From NCBI GenBank assembly GCA_965644295.1, contig CBFFRP010000324.1, forward strand, positions 62,001 through 126,000: a stretch of DNA of 64,000 nucleotides. The letters are read 5' to 3'. The stretch's first letter is position 1. Every line of letters starts with the position of its first letter. The notes under the pieces are model-generated. The model saw nothing but the letters and a program-made list of their open reading frames with translations, was not told the DNA's origin and did no database searches. The position numbers were made by a program, and so were the translations under genes. Shown here in pieces: positions 49,901 to 60,416 of this stretch. This DNA is from Paraphysomonas bandaiensis. Its lineage: Eukaryota > Protista > Chrysophyceae.

Positions 49901-51180
49901 CGAATTCGGTGTGGAGCTACTTTCGTCATCTTTCGTGTCATCCACCCACGCAGCTCATTCAATTGCTTTCCAGCTTCTTCGTCTGAGATTGGCTCAACGA
50001 AGTTATCATCGTCACATGCTGAGTTGAAAGTACGCTGAATCCAAAATACACGGTCAGTATCTTCGGCATTTTTGAGCGCATATTTGATCTCCCATTCTTG
50101 CAAGCTACGCCCAACAGCTGCGTCTCGGCATCCAGTCTTGTCAAATCGAATACCGCTAAGCAGGTCACGTAGCTGGGGAGCAACATAATTCAAATAGTGC
50201 GGGAGTTCAAATTCGGAAACCGAACGAAGACAGTATTGGGGCGGATTAGAGTTAGTATCAAGGAAAAACCACTCCCTGGCAAGTGTACAAAGGGTCTCGT
50301 CATGACAGCTTTTCAGTTTCGCCTCAAAGCTGCGCTTCTCGATAGCTCGAGGAAGAGGTCGAGAGCCATACTTTTCGTTAAGTAAGCACAAAAAAAACAG
50401 CCCACACGAGTGGTTGCGACATCTCTCGATCTCTCTCTTTGATGCTTCCCATAATTCATGGTTTATTGAGTACTCATCAGGTACCATTTCAACAAACGTA
50501 ACTGCAATATCAAAAGGAAATGCCTCTGCTCTTAGCTTCGGAAGGATGCGCTCAAAAAGTATACCGCGTTCACACCGCGAGTCCTGCCAGCTCATGATGC
50601 ATGAAAACAAAAAGTCGACAGGGCTTACCTTGTAGGTGCTGGAGACGAACACTTGCATCTGCCACTGCCGGAACATCCATTTGTGTACAGTTGTCTTCAG
50701 TTGACCCAGGGCTTCATCGTGATGTCCATTCATGAAATCCCCAGCAAGAACATCTTTTCTCAAACTACACTTTTCTTGTTCATTAAAAATTAGTCTATCT
50801 TCTATATGCGCAGCAGGTTTGGTAGAGAATGAGCTGTCACGTCGCGGTTTCACAAATGGCACAGGTGTGGCATGTTGTTTAGGAAACCCAGTGCACGCAG
50901 GAGCAACATAGGAAGACATTTTCCGACAGGGCGAATTCGCTGTATCTCTGACCACCGTTAAAGCTTCAAAACACTGGAATACTTTCCTTGAATTATCCGC
51001 CTGATCTTTAATTTCAAGTTTTGCTCTCGTTACTGGGCGAGATCTCGTACGTAACGTGGATAGTGACGACACTGAACCAGAGCATGACCCCGGTGTTCGA
51101 GCACGTTGATGGGGTATAATGATGGGAGCAAGGAGTCGATTAGTTTCTGGTTTCTTCGGCTTGAAATTATCGACAGGCAT
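46930..51180 (-). CDS. DUF4062-like + NACHT (STAND) NTPase + WD40 protein (NWD1/TEP1-like architecture)
   Basis: VFVSSTYK/DSRCERGIL, REIERC, LLNEKYGSRPLP, Walker A GATGVGKS, VRFCGTT, Walker B LILDGLD, RRGINDCEMDDMLS, about 7 C-terminal WD40 repeats. An in-frame 45-nt intron at 50584-50628 is hidden in the ORF. Confidence 0.88.
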   Translation of the reverse strand: MPVDNFKPKKPETNRLLAPIIIPHQRARTPGSCSGSVSSLSTLRTRSRPVTRAKLEIKDQADNSRKVFQCFEALTVVRDTANSPCRKMSSYVAPACTGFPKQHATPVPFVKPRRDSSFSTKPAAHIEDRLIFNEQEKCSLRKDVLAGDFMNGHHDEALGQLKTTVHKWMFRQWQMQVFVSSTYKVSPVDFLFSCIMSWQDSRCERGILFERILPKLRAEAFPFDIAVTFVEMVPDEYSINHELWEASKREIERCRNHSCGLFFLCLLNEKYGSRPLPRAIEKRSFEAKLKSCHDETLCTLAREWFFLDTNSNPPQYCLRSVSEFELPHYLNYVAPQLRDLLSGIRFDKTGCRDAAVGRSLQEWEIKYALKNAEDTDRVFWIQRTFNSACDDDNFVEPISDEEAGKQLNELRGWMTRKMTKVAPHRIRCDRDVSYESVVDGENPCQFYVNQWEDETFSTLRDELQAILGLRLKWETDGCGLGVPGHVAEEFLHHCKWAHDLCISFFGREGLMSEALEHAALPNRSVSDPRNVRARTIVGALKEKSATGRYNCISFAFKGATGVGKSAVMAKFASMMYDCEIEKHKLTSKSRKKGLRVHTPRPVIVRFCGTTENSIHGAALVRSLRLQIEYLMGRADSQYVKHMSDWEILQLLLRTHAVILILDGLDMVSDGALFLRDLNPHCDTRIVISTTSGDKVGVSDILTREEIPTLLVGEFSTDIPGMQRSMSKISSNDSISGSMSQDIMDNDNEGAISHKREKGPSKPGEEKSEARKFLESYLSHMCSRTLTKRQWTIAMNSIAEEPTALFISMVARVIRSWRSGFGEPELELSLAGVFSQLMESIEQQCGENLTRKALGLMTFSRRGINDCEMDDMLSMDDEIVKSTFTKSSSDYVRIPFSKWAQLRSALGGLIIEQLHGCVSWRHKTLQVLAEERYSNGTNEGKRAIHRILGCYFSNRIDATVRETKNIAPSPLDMAGRSVWLPSSKPHHRRCVEAIYHMIKAGMIAEAVEDLCDFDYICAALKCGQGFEVKTELENLHEMFQVIDWSSTKLSKQMALKVEHYFDWMASAINDMAQCPSVMIPVTATSQPQDSMVRTDMLQYMHWNSEDGTFLEDSWVRGLCVVNTPDANMHFRNAVCCVAFSPDGKLVASVADDECIFLWDSLQGLTLAQYRGHKKGATCLSWKPDGALLASGSRDCTAKVWNPMKGELILSLTEGHTADITTIAWSPDAQLIATGSKDSTVVVWNAESGTKLKTLKNTSDYFITSVAWSPDSRSVVAGTLSNRVRVWNVSNKKAYTFHDHKLSVSSISWSPMSDKIASASDDGYVKVWSAFQPTAVFAVFRDHMRSVKAVVWCPDGERIASGDIDGIIMVWSCTTATLHSLFRGHQDAVISLSWNADGSKLTSGSADGRVIVWDSIKL

Positions 51181-51873
51181 TCCAATTGCAATGATTTATA
51201 TAACTCTCCAGTCTAATGCTAATGTATATTGGATATCAATGTGCACACCACAACAGAATCAGAGGTGAAAGTAAACAAGAAATCTGTTAAGTGTGAACAT
51301 ATCACTACTAGCTATGAATTCAGCATCTCATAACTCCAGATCACAGTGCACATCAGTATGATATCCACGCTGTGTGTCTACAATACACACACATGATACT
51401 CTCAGCGATCCCATCAACCACACACACATCATACGTAAGACACCGTTTTCCGTTGCATAGCCTTTTTCCACCAACCAATCATATTAATCCTCAGTTCATT
51501 GGCTAATATGAAATACATTGTCATACATGGAATACATAGTTTTTTTTTCTATCTTTGCATACGTGCGTCTGTAGATGTGCTGCTGGTGATGTCGAATATA
51601 CTCCTGAGTGTTCTATAAATCTATTTTAGATTCCATCTCTACACACACATACACACACATGCATATGGACATCATATGAAGCACCAAAAAAAGATCATCT
51701 GACAGTCGTGATCTACGCACTGATGTGTGTATATGTATATACAGATACAACACACAACTCACTGAATATTTTCTACGAACTCTCAGAGTGGTAGAATACT
51801 AACTGGCATTATATTTCTGCCTGGTTTGTGTGATATTCATTAGATTGATCATCAAGTTTCATTAGATAACACA

Positions 51874-52984
51874 ATGTCTGTTCTTAGTCGTGAGGAGATT
51901 GTCAGCAGACTATCAACACGACCCCTCTGGAAACTCACTCCTGATGGGAAGTTAAGAAGAACTTTTGAAGCCAAGAATTTTCATGCGGCATTAAATTTTA
52001 TTGTTACGATCGGGAATATTGCCGATCATCATCATCATCATCCTGATCTGCACTTAACAGGCTATAAGAACGTTGAGGTTTGTTATCTACAAGTCTATCT
52101 ACTGTAATATATCATATGAGAGTGATTAGGTGGTATTGTATACGCACAGACTTTCGGGATTAACAGAGATGGATTTCGAAATGGCAGACTTGTTTGACAA
52201 GATACCTGTGAACTATTCTCTTATGTGGAAGCGCAACCATCCAGGTAGGGAATTGTATGTGGCACAACGAATCACTTGTGTAACTATTAGATCTTTTGGA
52301 TCATTCTGAGCCTCCTCCTACCTCAAGTGAATCCCATAAACGACCTGCACGCGCCCTTAAGTATGATACCATATTCCGGCGTCCGCCATCCAGCTCGGAC
52401 TCCATCTCGACTCCCATTCGGACTCACCACCCGAAAACTCCACCTACTAGTCCCCCGCAATGTACACAGCAGCCTAAAAAACCTGCTGCTGTTTCCAGCC
52501 CTCCTGAGCCCTCTCGACTACGCATACCTTCTCCTCAGGCCCCCCCTCCTCCGCCTCCTCCATGTCATGGTGTAGCTCTCACACCTCGAAGTATGCACAA
52601 GCATATACAGCTCAAGAAGCGCAATCCCACCAATCTTGAAACGCCAGAAGAGAATGAAGCATGGAAATCCATGGCCGCAGCGCTCCAAACACTTATTGAC
52701 AATGGGTACGTATGATGTCTTCCTTTTTATTCTCTATTTCTTAACGACCGCATGTTCTTACAACTTGCAGTTATGATATTGGGATTGGTGAGTCCCTACT
52801 ACCTATGGTGAACGCTCATGAGGTATATCCGAATTGGGAGGAAGAGATGCACTCGGCGTACGTACATTTGAACAAACGCCTATCACCGAGTTGGTTGGAC
52901 TCCGAGCCAACTGTTGTAATCCAAGCCTGCATGCAATTTGTGGAAGGATACAATGTGATATTCTCTGACAATTTTATGACTTAA
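51874..52984 (+). CDS. PCBD: Pterin-4a-carbinolamine dehydratase with a Pro-rich linker and an extra C-terminal region, 4 exons
   Basis: LRRTFEAKNFHAALNF...DHHHHHPDLHLTGYKNVEVVLYTHRLSGLTEMD fits the PCD catalytic motif. Introns ~52078-52129, ~52245-52290 and ~52706-52771 keep the frame to TAA at 52982. Confidence 0.8.
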
Positions 52985-53461
52985 GCACACAATGACTGTT
53001 CTGTTATTGAGGTTTATATTCTTTAAATGTACCATGCCGAGATTTCAAGTATGGAGAGCATTTTAACATTTCTGAGTACTGGGTTTTACAGCAACATATT
53101 TTTACTATTTGAATATTTGAAAGATTTGCACCACGAAGTATTTGATTTGACAGTGTACGAATATGAGTAACAGCTATTAATTCTATGAAGTTTATCAGTT
53201 CGTTTCATTCAGTGTTAGAATTTCTTGCCGCAAGTAATGCAGTTGCCGAAAAAAGAGCTCTCGCTATAGTATTACAAGTAGGGTTGTAGGAATGCAAGCC
53301 CTTTCTTGCATGAAGAATTCGGTTAACTTAGAAAAATAAGAAGTCAGGATGTGGAATCGATTTGCTTAACATTACTCTTGTTACAATTCTACGGTTACGA
53401 CGTACATGAATATTACAACTCTACTGACTACTGACATAGAGTGATAAGATATATTGAAATA

Positions 53462-53654
53462 TATTGAAAGTCTTATTATTAGCAATAGGTGTTAAAAACC
53501 TGCACCAACTTAGTAGCTAGATGAATGCTAGAAAAACTAGTTAGACCTCTACCTGTAACTAATCAGTACACACTTTTTTTCTCCCACTATTTAACGCTAC
53601 GAAAACTTCTTGTGCGTGGCCGCAAGCACCAAAGTGCGACCACTTCCGCTCTAA
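53462..53654 (+). repeat. Repeat family A copy
   Basis: Inverted relative to 53904-54093 and direct relative to 43862-44034. Confidence 0.85.
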
Positions 53655-54143
53655 GCTCTTAAGGTGAACATCCCGGGTGCTTGATTTCAGCAGGCAGCCC
53701 AACACCCCGGTTACCTTTCAGGTGGGCCCATTCCCGGATGCCTGTTTTTTCGTCAGGGCCCAAAGACGTCTACACAAGTGACACTTATTGGTGTCCCTTG
53801 TACCACAAAAGCATTCGGCTATGAGTGGGCAAAAGAATATCTGCTGACTATGTTTGCGGCTCACGTTAGTTTTCCCAGAGAGAATCTCTCCGGTACTTAT
53901 CCCTTTGAACGGAAGTGGTTGCACCTTGGTGCTTGCGGCGACGCACAAGCAGCTTTCGTAGCGTTAAATAGTAGGATAAAAGAGTTTGTATTGATTAGTT
54001 ACGGGTAGTGGTCTAACTAGTATGTCTAGCATTCTTCTAGCCACTAATTGATGCAAGGTCTCAACGCCTATTGCTAAATAATCAGACATTCACTACTTAT
54101 CCCCCAGAACACTACGAAAAGGTGCGAGTCCGACTTTGTTGAG
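53655..54143 (+). repeat. Repeat family B copy 2, interrupted by a family A insertion
   Basis: Matches 24196-24422. Continues after 54094 as ...CCAGAACACTACGAAAAGGTGCGAGTCCGACTTTG, colinear with the reverse complement of 54680-54760. Confidence 0.85.
53904..54093 (-). mobile_element. Repeat family A insertion with target-site duplication
   Basis: TACTTATCCC at 53894-53903 and 54094-54103. The empty site is seen in the family B copy at ~54715-54735 (reverse complement CTGTACTTATCCCGCCAGAAC). Confidence 0.85.
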
Positions 54144-54620
54144 AGAAAAATGATATACTATATTGTACTTCAAGTATAATCTATTGAAATAGCCATGTGT
54201 GCGATTTATCAATAGTATTAACACAATGTTGGTTATCAATACTAGTGCAGTATATTGTAAAATCGATACTTTTTACAATAATGCTATAATTAATAATATA
54301 TTGAGATACTGAAACCTTCACTAGTAGGGCATATAAATACTTTCCGTTACTAGCGATAGGAAATCAAGTAGCAATAAATATATAGAACGTGTGTGAAGCT
54401 ATTTTATTAGTGGTATTCCAATGCAAGGGGCACAAAAATTCAAATAGTCTTCACTGCAAAGTGTTTCAGAATCCTCTTTACAGTGTGTTAGAAAAGCTGG
54501 TACTGATGTTATTTAAATAATATGGCGTGGTTGCTTGAAGGTACATGAGGTTGTTTGAGTTGGGCTTATGAAGTGTTAGTTGTTACTGGTAGTGGTATAT
54601 AGTGAATATCTTATTATAGA

Positions 54621-54983
54621 GGATGCCTGCTTATTCGTCAGGGCCCAAAGTGTCACTTGTACCACACAAGCATTTGCCCTCTACAAAGTCGGACTCGCAC
54701 CTTTTCGTAGTGTTCTGGCGGGATAAGTACAGGAGATATATCTCCGGGGAACTAACGTGAACCGAATATATAGTTAGCAGATAGTTTTCTGCCCACTCAT
54801 AGCCAAAAACTTGTAATACAAGAAACACTAATATAAGTGTCTCTTGTGTAGACATCTTTGGGCCTTGACGAATAAACAGGCATCCGGGAATGGGCTAACC
54901 GGGGTATTGGGCTGCTTGCTGAAGTCAAGCATCCGGGATAACTCAAAATTCCTGAAATCAGGTGCGAGTTCGACTTTGTTGAG
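54621..54983. repeat. Repeat family B copy 3: minus-strand copy flanked by plus-strand fragments
   Basis: 54621-54650 is inverted versus 54857-54886. 54684-54702 is inverted versus 54960-54978. The core is the reverse complement of 53670-53900 plus 54100-54140. Confidence 0.8.
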
Positions 54984-55669
54984 TGTTGTTACTGCTAAAA
55001 TTACGACTACCAAAACAGTAGGTCATCTTTATTTAGCAGCGTGGTGGGTATGGCGATCATAGAGCTTAATAACAAGAACTAAAAACAGAATATACTATAC
55101 ACTATAGTATACACAGGCATGTATATAGCTGATTAGTGATACCGTTATATCGCAAGAGTGATGCTGAATCGGTTAAAAAATTATATTTCAATATTGTAAT
55201 TCTTTCTGGTAAGTACATTTTATGCAACAAAAAGCAAGGTTAATGTCAATGCAAAGCCTAATTCTAACAGAGAATAATTAATTTATACAACTATAATATA
55301 TCGTCGCTCCAGTCTTTCCCGTGCACTCTATCACTGACATAAGCTTTAACTCCTATATAAGCTACTATATTAACATAAGCTAAGTGTTTAAAGTGAGAGC
55401 ATGCTGTCCGAAATATATAGGAATCGAATAGTCCCTACATTATTCTTTTTACTATTGAATCTTGGATTACTGTTTAGAATCATTTTCCCTTCACAGACGA
55501 CACATTTGGGACAACACGCAACTACAAGCTGTTTGTAATGGTAATATTTTGTGTAGGTGTACTAAACACCCCCAAAATGAAAGTAAATTGGTTGTCACAA
55601 CACATTTACTGTTGTTCTCGATACAAATAGGTCACTGTATTGTGTCGGCGATTTCATGCACCTGTACAT

Positions 55670-57882
55670 TTATACTTCTTCAGCAGCATTCGTGGGCCGC
55701 TTTATGGAATTCATCGGGTTAGATGTTGATGATTCCAACTTCTCCTTACTAAAGGTTTCTTCACTTTCGCTATCAATAAGAACCTAAGAGTAGAGATCAC
55801 AATAAAACAGATTTACCGACGTGTGCCACCTGTAGCATTCGAACAACAAACATATCTGATACGACGTTAGTCATCGTCTGAATTCGATCGATCAAAAAAT
55901 CGATAGCCTGATACATAACAAGTATAAGAATATAAATGGCATGCTTCATTGACTACAATTTACCTGAACATATGCTATAGCACTAGGCACGTCGTAATTA
56001 GGAAAAGCGGTCTGCCAAACAGTAATCATGGTAACCAACCCTGTGATTATCACAGAAAGTCAGGAATGGAAGCCTAAACATCTCAGCGATATACCAGCAC
56101 TAGGCACGGGTGCAGCCCCAACGGATCCCAGCGTAGACCCAAGTGCTACATTGACCCACGTGAAGGCGTTGACTTTGTTCTCATAGTGGTCGGCATATGC
56201 TAGAAACATTATCACACATGGGAAACTGGGATCACAGAGTAAGACATAGTTAATTACGTCATAGAAGTACACCCACCCGACACCTGTCCCGTCCATATTT
56301 ATGTTAGCACCCATAGGTAGAATGACATTGGCAATAGTCTCTGAAACTAACCCAGTGTCAACTACTGTCCGAATCGTAATAGGCAGTGTGGCCGCCTATA
56401 TACAGTGTGAGAGGTTGATTAGTGGGTGGAAGAAGGCGCTTACACTGGATGCTGTGGACAGCGCGACGAGCATAGCTCTGCGACAGGCGAACATCCACTG
56501 GTAAGGGTTTTCTCTTGTGTATATAAAAAATATTGTTGGAAGAGTAATGCCCACGTGAATCACGATACCGACGAAGGTTGCTGCAACATACACGCCCACA
56601 CTCCGCATGAGAGAAACCAAGTTTCCAGCCTCCGCTAAAGAACCGGCAATCAGGAACGCAATACAATATGGAGCCAGCTCAACAATCCATTTTATGATTA
56701 GATTTGCAATAACAGTGCACTCCTTAAAGAGCTCTAGGACTTCACTCACGGAGTGCGCCTTCGTGGAGAATTCATTCGAGTTTCGTCTTTTGGGAATGCT
56801 ATCAGTGGATGGATTTCGTTTCAGTTGGAGTTCTACTCCCTGGTCTATGTCACTATCACTCTCATCCAACTCCAGTTCAGGAGACGCCGCTGGACCTACT
56901 CCTAAACGTGTAGAATTAACATAGATCATATATACCTTAAGGATAGCGTTTTACCTTTGCCCTCTGTGTCAAGATCCACGCCAATATGTACCATGGCCAT
57001 ACCCATAACCATTGCAATTACTATCACACTAATAATATTAGGGCCCGCAAAGCTCTGTAAGAAGAGATGAGGCGTATACAACTTATATACATATTTGCAA
57101 TCGTACTTCCGTAAAGTTACTGGGAACCAGTGAGTATGCCGTCGACAGGACCTGGTCCAGTAGAGTGCGCTCTACTATGGCTGTATTTATAAGCAGGTTT
57201 TCCTCATCTTGCAAACTAAATTCCTGATACCTGAGTACGTGTTAGCACATATACAATATCATGTGGATAATGTTGTTCTTTTACTTGTGGGAAATATTGT
57301 AAGACGCTGTCGAGTCGGTGGGCATGCAGAGCACGTTTCCTGAGGAGTCCACAGTAATCTTACCAAACCCCTTCGGGCATTTAAACTCAACATCAACACC
57401 ATCTATAATTTGATTACAGTATGACACAAAACATGTAAGCATGGTTACCGTCATCGTCTTCGTCACTATCGGATGTGAACAGGGACGCGAATATATTGGC
57501 CATGGCTATACCGTTCATCACTGCTGCGACTGTGGTTAATAAGTAAAACTTCAAGACCTTTTTCCCTAGACTCCCTGCTCCCCCTTCACCATATATCTGC
57601 GCAACAGAGACCGAAATGTTGAAAAACCTGCGAATACATGATGCAAGTAAACGAATGATATAGTACGCACATCATTGGAATAACTGCGCATTGTAAGGCT
57701 CGTAAAAACAAGGGTCCAGGAAGAGTAACAAGAGAACTAAATACGTGGCCAGCTCCAGATATATTCAGTATAATTCCAAATATAATGCCCAGAGATATAG
57801 AGGTCATGTATTTACTGGAGTCCTGTCGCAGACATGATGTGCTGCATACCCGAGGTAAGAGATCTCTCCTTCTATTATTCAT
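55670..57882 (-). CDS. SLC1/DAACS dicarboxylate/amino-acid:cation symporter, many exons
   Basis: LPGPLFLRALQCAVIPMM, LVPSN, NIISVI, HP1 ALSTASS/AATLP, TM7 LPMGANINMDGT, HP2 SVGAAPVPSAG, TM8 AIDFLIDRIQTMTNVVSD. Confidence 0.9.
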
Positions 57883-58050
57883 TTAAAACAGTGTACTGAG
57901 GATGAGAGTTCTCTTAATATTATCTTAATAATGTGGATGACAGTGTGTAGGTATGAGTGATTACAACTCTTGTGGATCTCATACACAGTCGAGTTAGATA
58001 CAGTACTGGATTAGCCGTTCAGGAGACACGACTGCTGTACATACATACAG

Positions 58051-58176
58051 TACAGGGGGTGGTTGTGCACATCGATTTTATCGATTTGTTCATCATTATT
58101 TCATTGAAAAGTCACTTTTTTCACTTTTCAATGAGAAAAAATGATGACTTTTCATCAATAAAATCACCACCCAGTA
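58051..58176. mobile_element. Fold-back MITE, Tc1/mariner-like (TA-flanked)
   Basis: TA-CAGGGGGTGG ... CCACCCAG-TA ends. Inner arms GATTTTATCGAT..TCATCATT..TCATTGAAAAGT / ACTTTTCAATGA..AATGATGA..ATCAATAAAATC. Confidence 0.6.
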
Positions 58177-58424
58177 CGAAATATTGCATACATTTCAACT
58201 TTTTCGTTTTTTTTGTTCGTTGTTCTGTAGGTTTTTCTGACCATCTTCAAAACGGAGCAAAAAAAAAGTGGATGTTGTGATCTGCGATCCACTGAGAAGC
58301 AGGAAGTATTGGCTCCACGGACGGCTCCCCCCTACTTTCTATACGAAATCTTGCTTGTCAAGTTCCTCATTTATCACGTACATCTGATTATATTTTGTTA
58401 TCATAGCAATATACAACTGCAGGG

Positions 58425-59589
58425 ATGGTGGCTGGAGATATTGACATTGAAAATCCACGATATGATCAGTCAACTTTCGTAGGACGAGCGAAGCATTTCT
58501 TTATTACGACGAACCCATTGAATTGTCTGGCGACTGAAGCTCAGTTGGATGAGTCAAAGCGCATTGTGGATGCCTATAGAAGAGGAGAGAAACTAGACAT
58601 ATCTGAAGATAAACTCTGGGAGATGAAGCAGTTGTATGACAGTGCTTTCCACCCTCAAAGCGGCGAGAAATTATTTTTGCCTGGACGCATGTCATTCCAA
58701 GTCCCAGGAAACATGCTTATCACGGGATGCATGCTTACATTTTATAAAACAGCTCCTGCTGTTGTGTTTTGGCAGTTTGCAAATCAGTCATTTAACGCTA
58801 TTGTTAATTTCTCGAATAGAAATGGTATGTCCGGGTGTAGTAATTTATTTGATTAACACCGTTGTAGCATCTGCTGGTGTGTCCAATGAGCAATTAGGTC
58901 TGGCATATGCTGCCGCGTCCACTGCTAGTGTTGGAACTGCACTGTTTTTTAACAAGATCGTAAATACAGTACCCGCATTGGGCAACGGCGTTGTTGGTCG
59001 TCTTGTTCCCTTTATGGCAGTGGCAGCAGCAAATTGTGTAAATCTACCTCTCATGAGACAGCAGGAGATCAAGAACGGAATCGCTATCGAGACTGCTGAT
59101 GGGCAAGTAGTTGGGGAAAGTACTGTAGCTGCTGTGAACGCTGTCTCGCAGGTTTCTCATTCTCTTGTCGTCCTGTGTTACATGGTACTAATATGTGATC
59201 GCCAGGTGGTATTCTCCCGAATTGGGATGGCTGTGCCCGGTATGACGATACCCCCACTTATTATGTCTCGAATTGAAAAGGCCAGCTTTATTGTGAAGAA
59301 TCCTTGGATCAAGGCTCCACTCACGGTACTTTCAACCTCTTTGCCGCTTTGTATTTTTCACGTTGCACAGGTGGCTCTCACTGGTCTGTGCATCACCTTC
59401 AGCACTCCTCTATGCTGCGCCCTTTTTCCACAGAAAGCTTCTATCAACCTCTCTGACCTCGAGGACGGTCTACGACAGGTAAGTTTGTCAGTTTTCTCGC
59501 TTGATTCTACTTACTGTAGTACATGCATGCAGAAAGTCGCCGCCAAATACCCTCAACATACGACCTTCTACTACAATAAGGGACTTTAA
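58425..59589 (+). CDS. SFXN: Sideroflexin (mitochondrial serine/tricarboxylate carrier), multi-exon
   Basis: [94 protein letters not shown]. Confidence 0.95.
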
Positions 59590-60416
59590 AGTTTTAAATT
59601 GAACACAAGCCATCGATTTAGGCATAGATATTTAGTTTTAAAATAAGCAGTTTGGATACGTATTGCGCGAAAAGGCGGGTAATTTGAAAGTGACTGCTTT
59701 GGGATTGGATACCTCGCTGTTCTACTGGTGATATTGCAAACGATCTCATGATTGCATTCTGGTTTGTTATTTGACAGGTATTTGCATTAGTTGTGCACTA
59801 GAGAAGAGTTGATGTGATAAGCTTAACAATCCCATCATTATGGCGGCTGCGATGTTTTTCTATTCACTTTTAGCTGCTGATTAATTTTATTACCATATCG
59901 ACCATCTAGAAAAGTATAGCAAAATTATTGTTGTGAGGTTAGCTCACAATATTAGAATTGGACATTACACCAAAAGTTAAACTGGCTTTGTTGCACACAA
60001 CGAACTCTCAAGTTATTTTTCCAAATGTGTCCTGTAACATCTCGTGAACATCAGTTTATCGTATGCTCACCAGTCAATCCAACTTTCATATATATCTCGT
60101 ATAGACACACATCAGTAGCTGAATTTTCTTTTTATGTAACTGAAATCAATCTTTCCTAATGGCTGGTTACACCTTTTTTATACACTCTATTAAATATCAA
60201 ATATCGCATCATTCAGCAGAATTCAACAGCCTGTCGTAGACAATACTCTGGAAATTTATAAATTTAAAAATTACAAAACAGGCCAATTTTCGTATGGTAT
60301 CGCTAACGAGCCTAACGAGGTCAACTTCTAATACCGAATACAGATCTATTTTTGAAATATGCGTCATCACAACTGAACAGTTTCCTCGTGCTGAGGAATA
60401 CTGTGCAATATATAAT

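Noticed and set aside
53690-53770. Hammerhead ribozyme in repeat B (minus-strand CTGACGA ... GAAA)
   Set aside because: No stem II directly after CUGACGA, and the GAAA is not conserved in the other copies (GAAG). The HDV-like topology also fails because there is no room for P3/L3.
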